IMG/VR virus record: IMGVR_UViG_3300025018_000142
Location: 10,353 to 74,352 of that record
Strand: one strand, 5' to 3'
Origin: a virus
Taxonomy: Duplodnaviria > Caudoviricetes
DNA length: 64,000 nt
The notes under the pieces are model-generated. The model was given only the letters and a program-made list of their open reading frames with translations, had not been told where the DNA came from and made no database searches. Below are positions 1 through 12,769 of the stretch, in pieces. Position numbers and translations under genes: made by a program. Each line of letters starts with the position of its first letter. Positions within the stretch are counted from its first letter, which is position 1.

Positions 1-1
1 G

Positions 2-1036
2 GACTGTGCATTTGACCGGATACTGAAGGGAGAGCTCGGATTCTTTTCGGGCAGGTACTCAGCAGTTATCAAGTGGAGCAAAAATCAACACTTGTGGGAA
101 GAGTGGGGTAAGCTTTTACAGCTAGACATCAGGCACAAGGATAAAAAGCTCAGTATATCGGAATCCTTTTACACAAAGAATAAAGAGAAGATGATGGAGG
201 GTGTGGTGGTCTTGTGGGAGCAGCACCGTAACTACAAATACCTCATGTATCAGTTCTACACGGAAGGAGCCACGTCTTTCTACAAGGAAATGCAGAATGA
301 CCCGAAGAGCACCCGTTCTGGCTTCTTCACTCCGCACTTCAGGAAGATTTTGCCAGAAGAGGTAAAACAAATGGTTCGGTACTGCGTGGTGGACCCGTCT
401 TTGGGAAAGGTTATGCCTTCGGCTATAGTCGATTTTGGGTTCAATATCAAAGGCGGAAGCGGTGTCTGCTCGGTATTCGATGCTTCAATTAAGCATCGAA
501 ACCCGGACGTACTGATTCTGGCGGTTATCGACCACCTCAGACGGCACGACATTCATACTCTTATCATCGAAACAATACAATATCAGGACTTTCTGCGTAT
601 GGTTATTGACGAACGGCTCAAAGCGCTCAAGATGAAGGTGTTAGTACTTCCCTTCCACAGCTCTGAGCAGAAGGAATCGAGAATCGAGGCGCAACAACCG
701 CTTATCAATACGGGCAGAGTCGAGTTTGACGAATCTTTGAAGGGAAAGCAGATGGGTATAGAGCTTTTCTCTTATCCTGCCAGTCAGTTTGTGGACGGGC
801 TAGATGCTTTATCTATGGGGATTATTAAAGTCAAGGATAGTATCATGGGATTTGGCGATATGCAGGTGGTGAAAATACGAAATGACTTGCTTTATATTAC
901 AAACAACTATAAAATTGACAGTGAAGGCAGAACTCCTGTCATGAGGAAACTTATGGAGCAGAAGAAGCGCTTGGAAAAAAATAAAATGCGTGAGGCTCTG
1001 AGCATCAAAGATGAACAAATTGAAAGGAATGAATGA
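2..1036 (+). CDS. terL: Terminase large subunit, C-terminal nuclease part (5'-truncated by window)
   Basis: Frame is open from base 2 (track starts at 92). RNase H-like motifs VVDPS, IETIQYQ, DGLDALS; directly upstream of a portal. Confidence 0.75.
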   Translation, partial: DCAFDRILKGELGFFSGRYSAVIKWSKNQHLWEEWGKLLQLDIRHKDKKLSISESFYTKNKEKMMEGVVVLWEQHRNYKYLMYQFYTEGATSFYKEMQNDPKSTRSGFFTPHFRKILPEEVKQMVRYCVVDPSLGKVMPSAIVDFGFNIKGGSGVCSVFDASIKHRNPDVLILAVIDHLRRHDIHTLIIETIQYQDFLRMVIDERLKALKMKVLVLPFHSSEQKESRIEAQQPLINTGRVEFDESLKGKQMGIELFSYPASQFVDGLDALSMGIIKVKDSIMGFGDMQVVKIRNDLLYITNNYKIDSEGRTPVMRKLMEQKKRLEKNKMREALSIKDEQIERNE

Positions 1037-3374
1037 CGAGGAAAAGTACACGACCGCCCATGCGGATGTCAGAAAGTTCAAGGAATTTAGAGATAGCGAG
1101 ACAGTCCTCTACGAAGAGGGGCTCGAGAAAATGTGGGACTTAACCCGTAAGCGGGCTATACAATACTCAAGGGTCCATACTGATGAGTTCGGGCGCGAGA
1201 GATTTAATACCAAGTCCCCGTATATAGCGTCTACAGTTGACGCGTTCATGGCCGAGTATACTAAGCGCAACCTTTCTTATGTTTTCAGCGAGCGTGTTCC
1301 CGTTGCGAATACGGACAGACTCTTTTTAACCAATGCTGTATTTAACGCACTGATGTTCAGTAGATATAAGCTCAAAGAGAAATTGTTTCCGGTCGTTAAA
1401 GACGCTGCCACAACGGGCATGGCCTATGTGAGCGTAGGTTACTCTTACCGCGCCAGAGATGTAAGCCTGTTCAAAGACAACGCGTGGGAACTCTGGAAGA
1501 AAGGCGATAGGGATATTTTCAAGAAGAAAGAGATTGTCGATTACGATGGTGTAGAGATTACCCCACTCGCTCCAGAAGATGTTTACTTCTCGTGGGATGG
1601 AACTGACTTTGGTACAGGGAACGGGTATATCTCAAGAGCCGCGGTTATCCGATACATGGACCTAGATGAACTGAAGGACCAGCTTAAAGGGAATCCGTTT
1701 AGCAAAAACCTAGAGTCAATGAAAGCGCAAGGTTCCATGATTAACGATGGCAACATCTTCCAACCGATTAGAACAAACAAACACTTCGACAATATGGACG
1801 AAGTAATCGACTACTACGACCAACGCCAAGACTTATACTTGATATTGGCCGGCGGAAAAGTGGTGCTCGAAATGCCTATTCCAAACAGTATCAAGCGAAT
1901 CCCGATTGTGGCTATCAAGCCTTTTCCTATTCAGTATTCACCGTGGTCGCTTGGCTATGGAGCGAAATTACTCTCTACCTCAGATTATTACGAGAAACTT
2001 TATGACGCAATTCTTGAAGGTGTTAGTTATTCTCTTATGGATATTTACGCTACTTCTCCGCAATCTCACGAGCAATTAGTAGACGGGTATCTTAATGCAG
2101 ATGGTGTTACCTTCATTCCACTTGAGGGTGGCTCCGACAGTGTCAAGCGGCTCGATAAGAGCAACTTACCTATTGCAGAAGTGTCGAAGGTACTGCAAGA
2201 CATGGAGAAAGAAGCGGTCTTAAAGACAGGCGTGGACCAACGAGCGATGGGATTTGCAACGAAGTCGGCAACGGCAACTGACGCAGCGCTCAACAAAGAA
2301 GCAACCACCGCCATGCTCGACTTACCGTTCATGCAGATTCAGCACGCAATTAGCCAGATAGGGGAATTGTCATACTGTATTATTAAAGATTTTATGGCTA
2401 TTCCAGAGCTGCTCGCTAAAAAGGTACAGGAAAAAGAAACGCTAGATAATAGCAAGATAGTGCCTGTTGATGGAGTTGAAGTAATACAAAACGAGAGTGG
2501 CGAGTATATAGTGACAAAGAAAAGTGGCGTAAAGGCTAGTGTCGTATTGACAAAGGAATTATTCGATTTTGATATGGACCAAATAGAAGTGCACGCTGAG
2601 GGCGTACCTTCTATGTCAAAAGGAATGCAGATGAAAAAGTCTGAAGAGTTGTTTGCTTTGGCCGCTCCTTACGCCGGAGACACATCAGCACCTCCCGTGC
2701 AGGGACAGCCAGCACCTTATATCGAAATGAGAGACCTACTTAGGGCAACCTTCAAGTCGCACGATTACGACATCGGCTTGATTGCGAACAAGGGCGGCAC
2801 TATAGAAGAAGCAATTAAACGAGCGTATATCCAACAGGACTCGCTCAAGAAAGGAGAACCGGTAGAACCGATGCCGGGTGAACCGCCACAACACGTTGAA
2901 ATTCACGAGAAGGCACTTGCTATTGGTAGGCAAAAACTAGAGCAACTGGCAGAAACCGCCGAGAACATGGAGGATTTATCAATCGTTACTGAATATCTTG
3001 ATGCGCTACAGGAACACACGGCAGGAGATACCATGCAACCAGCAGAGTTCTTTGCCCAGAATAGTGGAGACGAACAAACGACTCCCGGACCTGACGGGAC
3101 CACGCCACAAGATATGTTACCAGCAGGAGAGATAGGAGCCGAGGGAATGCCGCCAGAGATGCAGGGCATGACGCCTCCAATGGACCAGGTAGCCACGGTG
3201 TCTACAATGGACCCAGGCGAGGCAATCCGTAAAATGATGGCAAATGGGAGACCAGACATGGCACAAAACCCGATGCAAGCCGGAGTCGGTATGCCAATGC
3301 AAGATAACGCAATCAGTGGTAATCAACGGCTACAGTCGGAAGATGCTGGGGGAATGTTACCCCCGAACATGTAA
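1011..3374 (+). CDS. Portal protein (P22/podovirus-like) with Pro/Met/Gln-rich C-terminal tail
   Basis: 787 aa after terL; internal pattern (PEDVYF, IPIVAIKPFP..YSPWSLGYG, TGVDQRAMG, TAT) resembles P22-like portals. Confidence 0.75.
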   Translation: MNKLKGMNDEEKYTTAHADVRKFKEFRDSETVLYEEGLEKMWDLTRKRAIQYSRVHTDEFGRERFNTKSPYIASTVDAFMAEYTKRNLSYVFSERVPVANTDRLFLTNAVFNALMFSRYKLKEKLFPVVKDAATTGMAYVSVGYSYRARDVSLFKDNAWELWKKGDRDIFKKKEIVDYDGVEITPLAPEDVYFSWDGTDFGTGNGYISRAAVIRYMDLDELKDQLKGNPFSKNLESMKAQGSMINDGNIFQPIRTNKHFDNMDEVIDYYDQRQDLYLILAGGKVVLEMPIPNSIKRIPIVAIKPFPIQYSPWSLGYGAKLLSTSDYYEKLYDAILEGVSYSLMDIYATSPQSHEQLVDGYLNADGVTFIPLEGGSDSVKRLDKSNLPIAEVSKVLQDMEKEAVLKTGVDQRAMGFATKSATATDAALNKEATTAMLDLPFMQIQHAISQIGELSYCIIKDFMAIPELLAKKVQEKETLDNSKIVPVDGVEVIQNESGEYIVTKKSGVKASVVLTKELFDFDMDQIEVHAEGVPSMSKGMQMKKSEELFALAAPYAGDTSAPPVQGQPAPYIEMRDLLRATFKSHDYDIGLIANKGGTIEEAIKRAYIQQDSLKKGEPVEPMPGEPPQHVEIHEKALAIGRQKLEQLAETAENMEDLSIVTEYLDALQEHTAGDTMQPAEFFAQNSGDEQTTPGPDGTTPQDMLPAGEIGAEGMPPEMQGMTPPMDQVATVSTMDPGEAIRKMMANGRPDMAQNPMQAGVGMPMQDNAISGNQRLQSEDAGGMLPPNM

Positions 3375-3375
3375 C

Positions 3376-3404
3376 TTGACGAAACTAACAATCCTTGCTA
3401 AACT
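3376..3404 (+). promoter_or_regulatory. Sigma70-like promoter, probably leaderless
   Basis: TTGACG (3376-81), 17 nt, TAAACT (3399-404), 6 nt, ATG at 3411. Confidence 0.6.
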
Positions 3405-3410
3405 CTGTCA

Positions 3411-3776
3411 ATGAGCGATTTAGAAAATACTGTCAATATCCTTAAAGAGATTAAGACTGTCGATAAAAAGACGGGCATGAGTTTTCGTGGGCTATATGGA
3501 ATCGAACTGGCAAGTGATGCCGATTTAGAAGCGTTAGTGCGACTAGGGGAGTCTCCTGTATTCGAGGCACTGCGCAAGATATACTCGTATTCTGAGGCGA
3601 ACTCCATGAGGAAAGCGTGGCAGATATTTTCCAAAAATAAAGAGGTGGGAGAAACATTTACCTCGGTCGATTGGCTTGAGGGTTTCGGTGTTGTGCTGGG
3701 AATACCCTACGCGGCTATGGTAGAGATAGCCAAAAGGAAAAAAGTTAAGGAGCAGTTAGTTAAGAAAAAGAAATAA
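3411..3776 (+). CDS. Hypothetical protein in head module
   Basis: 121-aa ORF between portal and scaffold with its own promoter. Confidence 0.65.
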   Translation: MSDLENTVNILKEIKTVDKKTGMSFRGLYGIELASDADLEALVRLGESPVFEALRKIYSYSEANSMRKAWQIFSKNKEVGETFTSVDWLEGFGVVLGIPYAAMVEIAKRKKVKEQLVKKKK

Positions 3777-3792
3777 TTTTTATTAAATAGTC

Positions 3793-4611
3793 ATGGCAGA
3801 AGAAGTAATTGTACCCCCAGTAGTTGAACCAGTAGTGCCTCCAGTAGAAGCACCAGTTGAGGAGCCCGCTGCACCAGTTGATGAACCTGTTGCAACTCCC
3901 GTTGAGGAAGTTGAAGGTGCAGAAGGTGGAGAAGGTGGAGAAGAGCTACCAAAGACAGATGAAAAGTCTTCTGCTGCTGAAGCATTACGCTTACTAGCAG
4001 AAAATAAAAAGATTCAACCTTTTGCCAATGTGGGTTATGCCGCGGCAAAGCTGGCCGAGAAGAATCCAGAGGTTAGAAAAGCAATCAACGACATAATGAC
4101 GGCGGTTAGCGAGGGGAAAGATATTGATGAAGCTGTTGCAGCTTTGGGAACAAAGATGAAGGAAGCTGGGACTGAACCGGTAACTGCTCCAGTAACTGCC
4201 CCAGAGGCAGCAGTTGCACCGACAACCGAGAGAGAAATAAAATACGCATTGACAAAATTATCAGAAAGCTACCCGCAAATTATCACTGGCGGACCGGATT
4301 CCGAGAAACTTGGTAAGAGGGCGTATGAACTGTATGAGTCCAAAGGTCTTCCCATGATGGAAGCATGGGAACAATCTGCGCGAGAAGTGTACGGGAATCC
4401 TGTTAGTATTGAGGCGAGTAAGTTCATGCAAAGCACTGTCGCTGGATTAGGCGGCTCTGGAACGGTAGGCAATCCTGGGCAGTCATCAGACAAGAAACAG
4501 TTGGCGGCACAGAACGTTAATAAGGCGCAGCCGAAGATTAGTGTCGAGGAGGCCAGAAAGCTGATTGACTCTGGTGCACTAGACAACTGGGAAGACTATC
4601 TCGAAGAGTAG
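3793..4611 (+). CDS. Putative capsid scaffolding protein
   Basis: Acidic E/P/V-rich N-terminus, helical middle, located just before the capsid genes. Confidence 0.6.
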   Translation: MAEEVIVPPVVEPVVPPVEAPVEEPAAPVDEPVATPVEEVEGAEGGEGGEELPKTDEKSSAAEALRLLAENKKIQPFANVGYAAAKLAEKNPEVRKAINDIMTAVSEGKDIDEAVAALGTKMKEAGTEPVTAPVTAPEAAVAPTTEREIKYALTKLSESYPQIITGGPDSEKLGKRAYELYESKGLPMMEAWEQSAREVYGNPVSIEASKFMQSTVAGLGGSGTVGNPGQSSDKKQLAAQNVNKAQPKISVEEARKLIDSGALDNWEDYLEE

Positions 4612-4614
4612 TTC

Positions 4615-4644
4615 TTGACATTTCCTGAACAATTAGATTACAAT
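4615..4644 (+). promoter_or_regulatory. Promoter for capsid genes
   Basis: TTGACA (4615-20), 18 nt, TACAAT (4639-44); ~100-nt leader with small hairpins. Confidence 0.5.
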
Positions 4645-4754
4645 TAGATACTTATGTTTCCGTAAGCTTGGGTTTTTCCCTTGCGTGGTAGCATAATAAA
4701 TCTCACTACACCTTGAATAAAGGTTTATTTTCAGTTAATTTAATTGTTTTATAC

Positions 4755-5228
4755 ATGGCAGGATTTTTACATGTACGAGGGAAACAGGAACTCAGAAAAG
4801 TTCTTATTACCAACAGTGCGGCTATTAAAGTAGGTGCACCAGTTAAACTCACCGCAGCTCTTGCGGTTCCTTCAACGGCAGGGGCAGCAGACGCATTGGG
4901 AATGTGTGTTGGCGTTTGTAATATAGAAGGAAAACCGGTAGCAGATATTGACTACGGTGATACATTCACCGCAGAAGCAGATAATCAAACTGTCGACCAA
5001 ATCTACGCGATTGTAGACACGAGCAAAGAATCAGAATGGGAAGTTGCCCCAGATGCAGCATTGGGAACAACGACCACTTCGGCGTTGCCATTCCAATTCT
5101 TCGACATTACCTCAGCTATTAACGTAATAGACGAATCGAGTGTATCGGCAACGACCGGTACCTTCTTCTCGCTTGCGGTATTAGATAACGGTAATTTGAT
5201 TGTTAAATTCAACGAGCTTTTGGCTTAG
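4755..5228 (+). CDS. Putative capsid decoration/cement protein
   Basis: Small Ala/Thr/Asp-rich beta-type ORF directly before the MCP; ATG 4755 preferred over track start 4713. Confidence 0.5.
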   Translation: MAGFLHVRGKQELRKVLITNSAAIKVGAPVKLTAALAVPSTAGAADALGMCVGVCNIEGKPVADIDYGDTFTAEADNQTVDQIYAIVDTSKESEWEVAPDAALGTTTTSALPFQFFDITSAINVIDESSVSATTGTFFSLAVLDNGNLIVKFNELLA

Positions 5229-5261
5229 TTGATTAGAATTTAATTTTATAGAAAAGATATT

Positions 5262-6230
5262 ATGGAAAATCTTGCATTGATGCAGAAATACCTCAGGGGT
5301 ATTAACCCAGAGTTTGCAAAGGTGTTCGTGGAAGGCAAAGACAAATATGAACCATTTGTAATGGGGAAAGAAGTCAAGCTCTTCAACTACGAGACAGAAG
5401 CTGACTACGTTTCAACGGAATCAGAATTTACACCTTACGGCTATTTGCCAAAGGTAGAAGTAGACGGTGCAAACCGTACTTTAGTAGACCGAGTCATGGG
5501 CTACGATACAAGTTGGACACAAGAAATGTACTCCAAGGGAGTTGAAGTTTCTTATATGGCAGCGAAGTTCGGTAAGTACAAAGAGCAATTAAATGCTTTT
5601 AAAGGACTTGTTACTGGAGCACAGAAAACAAAAGACAAGATTGCATTCGACCTTCTTGTTAATGCTGACACGACCCTATTGGCCGATGGTCAGACGCTAT
5701 TAGACCCAGCACATCCATACCCAGCAGGGTCGGTGATGGCTGCTTCTACATGGTCAAATGTCATTATGAACGGTGCAGTTCAGGCCGAATTAGGCCCAGA
5801 AGCATTGCGTCTTGCTAAAAAGGCCTTGATGTCTCACTTGCTCTCAGACGGTACTTATGCAACTTCAGGTGTGAGTAATCTCGCATTGGTTGTTGGTCCA
5901 GAACTCGCAGAACTTGCACAAGTTTTCGCAGGAACTGACAAAGCACCTCTTAGTGCAAACAACGACATCAACACCTATAAGGGAATCATGAAAGTTGTAG
6001 TTTCTCCTTACCTCTCAACGGCTAATGGTGGAAATGACAATATGTGGTTCTTGGCAGACCTTGATGCGGTAGACCTTAGAATTAAAGTTTCAGAAGACAT
6101 TACTAAGACAGAAGACATGGATACAAAAAATCTTACTAAGTCTTATTATGTTCATGAGATTTTAGCTGCAAAGGCTGCTTCGGCTCGTGGAATTGCTGGT
6201 GCTATGGTGCCAGGTTCTGCATGGAGCTAA
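5262..6230 (+). CDS. Major capsid protein, Mu gpT-like
   Basis: 322 aa with LADGQTLLDPAHP..WSN and LVVGPEL motifs typical of Mu-like gpT head subunits; followed by a terminator. Confidence 0.75.
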   Translation: MENLALMQKYLRGINPEFAKVFVEGKDKYEPFVMGKEVKLFNYETEADYVSTESEFTPYGYLPKVEVDGANRTLVDRVMGYDTSWTQEMYSKGVEVSYMAAKFGKYKEQLNAFKGLVTGAQKTKDKIAFDLLVNADTTLLADGQTLLDPAHPYPAGSVMAASTWSNVIMNGAVQAELGPEALRLAKKALMSHLLSDGTYATSGVSNLALVVGPELAELAQVFAGTDKAPLSANNDINTYKGIMKVVVSPYLSTANGGNDNMWFLADLDAVDLRIKVSEDITKTEDMDTKNLTKSYYVHEILAAKAASARGIAGAMVPGSAWS

Positions 6231-6239
6231 GGGAGTTTG

Positions 6240-6280
6240 CTACGGGGGGGAGGTAACTTCTCTCCGTAGTTATCTTATTT
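6240..6280 (+). terminator. Intrinsic terminator-like hairpin after MCP
   Basis: CTACGGGGGGGAG..CTTCTCTCCGTAG stem followed by an AT-rich run. Confidence 0.6.
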
Positions 6281-6293
6281 AATTGGAACTAAT

Positions 6294-7133
6294 ATGGACG
6301 AAAAAATGGGAACAAGACTCCACATTAACGATAGAGTAAAAACCCAGACTGGAGCCGGTAACGGTGAAACTCTGGAAACCTACGACAACGGTCGTGGCTT
6401 TGGTGTTGTACTTTATGACTGTGGTGGAGCATCTCGAACTGGCGTTATTTTGGAAGCAGGAAGGGTTGATGGACAGCGTGTATTTGTGACTAATATCTCA
6501 GATGCTGCTGAAACGATTACTTTTGCTACCGCTGCGACATCTAATGTTGCAAACGGTACTGCTATGATAGTTGCTCGTTATGAGTCAGTGCCTTTTATTT
6601 GGAGTGAGACTCTTGGTAAATGGCAAGCTGCATTGGGCGGTGGTACAACCCTCGCTGACAACACAGTTACAACTGCAACGATAGTTGACGAGAATGTTAC
6701 ATCTGCGAAAATTGACCCAACTGTTATTCAAGCGGTTACTGTTGATATAACGGCAACAGAAATTGTTGGTACAGCGGCTGGTGACATTGGTCACTCAGCG
6801 GGTGCGGTACTAGTTGCAGCACCGGGAGCAGGATATATCCACGAATTTATTTCAGCTACTCTTTCTTATACTTTCGCAACAGCGGCGTATACAGGAGGAA
6901 ATAACGACCTTGTTATAAGACAGGGTACAACTGCGGTTTCGGCTGCAATTGCTGATGCAGATTTGATTGGTGATTCGGCTTCTGACATTGCTTATGTTGG
7001 TTCGTTAGCAGCGGCTGATATTAAACTCACCGCAAACAGTACGTTAAACCTAGCAGGGACAGCGTACACACAACCGGGTACAGCAGCAGGAACCTTAAAG
7101 GTTCATGTTCTTTATAGAACAGTTGCAGCCTAG
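6294..7133 (+). CDS. Putative virion structural protein
   Basis: 279 aa, Ala/Thr/Gly-rich, after the MCP. Confidence 0.55.
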   Translation: MDEKMGTRLHINDRVKTQTGAGNGETLETYDNGRGFGVVLYDCGGASRTGVILEAGRVDGQRVFVTNISDAAETITFATAATSNVANGTAMIVARYESVPFIWSETLGKWQAALGGGTTLADNTVTTATIVDENVTSAKIDPTVIQAVTVDITATEIVGTAAGDIGHSAGAVLVAAPGAGYIHEFISATLSYTFATAAYTGGNNDLVIRQGTTAVSAAIADADLIGDSASDIAYVGSLAAADIKLTANSTLNLAGTAYTQPGTAAGTLKVHVLYRTVAA

Positions 7134-7150
7134 CAGTAACTAGAAAGTAG

Positions 7151-7190
7151 CTACACAGAGAGGGGAGATAAGGCTCCCTTCTTGTGTGGG
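7151..7190 (+). terminator. Hairpin, likely terminator
   Basis: CACAGAGAGGGGAG..CTCCCTTCTTGTG stem after ORF 6294-7133. Confidence 0.45.
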
Positions 7191-7241
7191 TATTAACCAC
7201 TTAATTTATTAAGGAAGCGAGTAATCCTCAAGCTCGGCGAT

Positions 7242-7589
7242 ATGGGAGTGAATTATAATAGTCGCGGAAGAGTTGCCCCAGAGGTTGTCGAATACAAGTC
7301 ACTGGGAACTGATGCGGCAATATCTGTTGCAATAGCACCGGTACACAAATTTAGAATACTGAACATTACGGCACATGGTGCATCTGCTGTTACAGAGCCT
7401 TTAACTTTGACGCTAAATGCCTCTCAGGGAGCCGCTTACGATACGGTTCTATATTCCGATGCCACATGGACAAACCTGTTTAAGAAAGGCGAACCGTCAG
7501 AGGTCTTTGAGGCCGGGGACTCCTTAACTCTTGGTTGTACGAACTCGGCTATTGTCAAAGGTGTAGTCGTAAGAATAGAACTCCTCTAA
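7242..7589 (+). CDS. Putative virion protein
   Basis: 115-aa beta-rich ORF in the structural cluster. Confidence 0.55.
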   Translation: MGVNYNSRGRVAPEVVEYKSLGTDAAISVAIAPVHKFRILNITAHGASAVTEPLTLTLNASQGAAYDTVLYSDATWTNLFKKGEPSEVFEAGDSLTLGCTNSAIVKGVVVRIELL

Positions 7590-7623
7590 GTGGGGAATAA
7601 CCTAAGTTTGACTACAATAGAAT

Positions 7624-10206
<2,583 letters not shown>

Positions 10207-10207
10207 T

Positions 10208-10804
10208 ATGACCTCATGGAACTCTTGTGATGCAAATACTGGCTGGGCCTATTCCGAGGGTGGAACTGTTGGTATAGACTCAACCACTAAGTATCAGGGC
10301 ACAGGCTCGATAAAACTCAAAAAAACGGCTACTGTCCTGGCATATAGCGGTACATCCAAGACTGATATGACCTCTATTAGCATTAGCACGACTGTGGGAT
10401 GTATAACGGTAAAGTTGTATATCGTAGACCAGGCGACTAAAGATAAGCTTGGCTCGGAGTTTCTTTATATAGGAAGCAGTGCCGATAATAGCAATAGTGG
10501 ATACTGGGTTTGGAGTCCAGCCTCTATACCGGTAGCGACTTGGACGACATTGGTCTTCCCATGGGCAAACCGCACAGGCAACTTCGGTACTCCGAACGCG
10601 GCGGCTCTAATCTTCTTTTCGCTCTATGTTGGAGTAACTACGGCGGCGACAACATATACAGAAGGAAGTATCCTTATGGACGATATACAGTATGGTACTC
10701 CCACAACATTGAAGATTGGCGGGACCAGCTTATATCAAATCGCAAAGGCGGGTGGAAAGGTAAACACGAGCCTGGGAAAGGTTGGCTCCGTGACAGTATT
10801 TTAA
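10208..10804 (+). CDS. Putative carbohydrate-binding virion protein
   Basis: 198 aa Thr/Ser/Gly/aromatic-rich (PVATWTTLVFPW..MDDIQY), after the fibre gene. Confidence 0.5.
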   Translation: MTSWNSCDANTGWAYSEGGTVGIDSTTKYQGTGSIKLKKTATVLAYSGTSKTDMTSISISTTVGCITVKLYIVDQATKDKLGSEFLYIGSSADNSNSGYWVWSPASIPVATWTTLVFPWANRTGNFGTPNAAALIFFSLYVGVTTAATTYTEGSILMDDIQYGTPTTLKIGGTSLYQIAKAGGKVNTSLGKVGSVTVF

Positions 10805-10819
10805 TTATATGAACTTACC

Positions 10820-11077
10820 ATGGCTGTGCTTATAGATAGTTATAGTGAAAGCAATTACAATTTTAACTGGAATGTTGCGGGTACTAAAAACCCTGCGGAC
10901 AATACCAAATTATTGAACATAGGAAACTTTGGATTAAATGGAGCAACCGAGACAGGGAGGTATTTCAACGGAAAAATGGATGATATTTCTATATTTGATG
11001 TAGATATGAGTGCCGCGCAGGTACTTGCCTTATACACAGTACAGGTTAAAAAGTTTATGGGGGGGGCTAATACATAA
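10820..11077 (+). CDS. Short protein with LamG-like C-terminal remnant
   Basis: GRYFNGKMDDISIFDVDMSAAQVLALY resembles the end of LamG/ConA domains; N-terminus MAVLIDSY mirrors the next gene. Confidence 0.5.
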   Translation: MAVLIDSYSESNYNFNWNVAGTKNPADNTKLLNIGNFGLNGATETGRYFNGKMDDISIFDVDMSAAQVLALYTVQVKKFMGGANT

Positions 11078-12117
11078 TGGCAACACTTATTGATAGCTAT
11101 GCAGGAGCAAATGCAGATAGTGGTTACATTGCCGGAGCTGATACTTCTTATTTTGGCCAGTCGTTTGCTATTGGCTCTACCTCGAACAATCGAATAACAC
11201 AGGTTAGTTTTGCTGCAAAGAAAGTGGGGAGTCCAACAGGGACAATGTACTGTGAGATATACACACATAGTGGCACTTTTGGAACGAACTCTGTTCCTAC
11301 TGGCTCTCCACTGATAACATCGGTGGGGCAGGATATAGCGGATTTGAACACTGTGGTCGCGTGGGTTGACTCCCTCTTTGACAACATTCCCCCTATCTGT
11401 TTAGACGGTAGCACAAATTATTGTGCAGTCTTTAAAATTGCGTATACATTTAGAGATGCTTCCAACTACGCCGTGGTATATTTTGACGCATCCTCCCCGA
11501 CCCATAATGGTAATTTCTCCTATTATAATGGGTCGTGGGTAGCAGAAAGTGGAAAAGATGCTGTGTTTTATGTCTATGGCGACATTGCGGTCACCGCAAG
11601 CCCAGGAACAATGGCAGATGATAGCGCAGTGGGAACACAGGCATGGAGCGATGTTGACAACGCCAAGACAAATAATACTGTTTATGCAACAGCGGGAAGT
11701 AGCGGCAGTACAACACACTATTTGAAAGCCACAAACTTTGGGTTTTCTATACCAGCAGGTGCCACCGTTGGTGGTATATTTGTAGAGGTTAAACGGTACT
11801 CGCCCGGCATGGGTAGGTCATCGGATTCGGTGGCTAAGATAGTCAAAGGAGGAACCGTTGGTGCCACAGACAAAAGTATTGTCGGATATTGGGACGGTGA
11901 AGACACTGGCGTGTACTTCAGATATGGGGCATCGGATGACCTATGGTCGGAAACTTGGTCAGCATCTGACATAAACTCCACGGACTTTGGTTTTGTATTA
12001 TCAGCAACAGTTGGGGCGCAAACTCCATCTGTTGACCATATCCGCATAACCGTGTATTACACCCCAACCAACAGTATTACAGGTCCCTTCCCCACCTCAC
12101 GTCTCGACCTTCTGTAA
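11077..12117 (+). CDS. Two-domain virion / receptor-binding-like protein
   Basis: 346 aa, beta-rich, TAATG-coupled to the upstream ORF. Confidence 0.6.
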   Translation: MATLIDSYAGANADSGYIAGADTSYFGQSFAIGSTSNNRITQVSFAAKKVGSPTGTMYCEIYTHSGTFGTNSVPTGSPLITSVGQDIADLNTVVAWVDSLFDNIPPICLDGSTNYCAVFKIAYTFRDASNYAVVYFDASSPTHNGNFSYYNGSWVAESGKDAVFYVYGDIAVTASPGTMADDSAVGTQAWSDVDNAKTNNTVYATAGSSGSTTHYLKATNFGFSIPAGATVGGIFVEVKRYSPGMGRSSDSVAKIVKGGTVGATDKSIVGYWDGEDTGVYFRYGASDDLWSETWSASDINSTDFGFVLSATVGAQTPSVDHIRITVYYTPTNSITGPFPTSRLDLL

Positions 12118-12123
12118 CGATAC

Positions 12124-12152
12124 TTGACTGTACAATACAGAAGTAGTACACT
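12124..12152 (+). promoter_or_regulatory. Promoter for methyltransferase-glycosyltransferase pair
   Basis: TTGACT, 17 nt, TACACT, 8 nt, ATG 12161. Confidence 0.6.
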
Positions 12153-12160
12153 TTCTTTAT

Positions 12161-12769
12161 ATGAAAACAGAATGGGAAAAGGCACAAGAGTTTGAGAAAA
12201 ATTGGCACAATAACCAGCAATTTAATACCTATAATGAGGAAACCAAGCAATATACTTACGCTTCCCTGATGGGGTTAGATGAGTATAAAACAAACCATTT
12301 TAACCAAAGTGGGTGGGACTTTGGAGATAAATACATAATCGACATCGGTGGTGGGGAACAGTCGATTTTACTCAAAAGTAAAGCAAAGGAAAGGACCGTG
12401 ATAGACCCATGCAAGTATCCAGAATGGACCATGCTTCGATATAAGGAGGCTGGTATAAAGTTCTGTGACTGGAAGGGCGAGGATATACCAACAGAGAATA
12501 TACAGGTAGATATGTGTTTTATTTACAACTGTCTACAGCACACGGAGGACCCCGAAAAGATTATCCAAAATGCGAAGAAGATGTGCAAGACACTCCATAT
12601 TTTTGAGTGGATAGACATAGGGCTTTCCGAAGGGCATATTCACAACCTGAAAGAGGAGGAGCTAAACAAGTGGCTGGGTGGAATTGGACAGACGAAACAG
12701 TTGAACCAAGATGGACTTTTTGGAAGGTGCTATTTTGGAGTTTTTTTGGGTTCACACTACGGAGAATAA
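12161..12769 (+). CDS. Class I SAM-dependent methyltransferase
   Basis: IIDIGGG motif I, IDP, YNCLQHTEDPEKII..LHIFEW. Confidence 0.75.
   Translation: MKTEWEKAQEFEKNWHNNQQFNTYNEETKQYTYASLMGLDEYKTNHFNQSGWDFGDKYIIDIGGGEQSILLKSKAKERTVIDPCKYPEWTMLRYKEAGIKFCDWKGEDIPTENIQVDMCFIYNCLQHTEDPEKIIQNAKKMCKTLHIFEWIDIGLSEGHIHNLKEEELNKWLGGIGQTKQLNQDGLFGRCYFGVFLGSHYGE

Noticed and set aside
12607-12768. 54-aa N-terminal extension of the glycosyltransferase in the ORF track
   Set aside because: It overlaps the methyltransferase by 160 nt; the TAATG coupling and GGAG at 12761 support a start at 12769.
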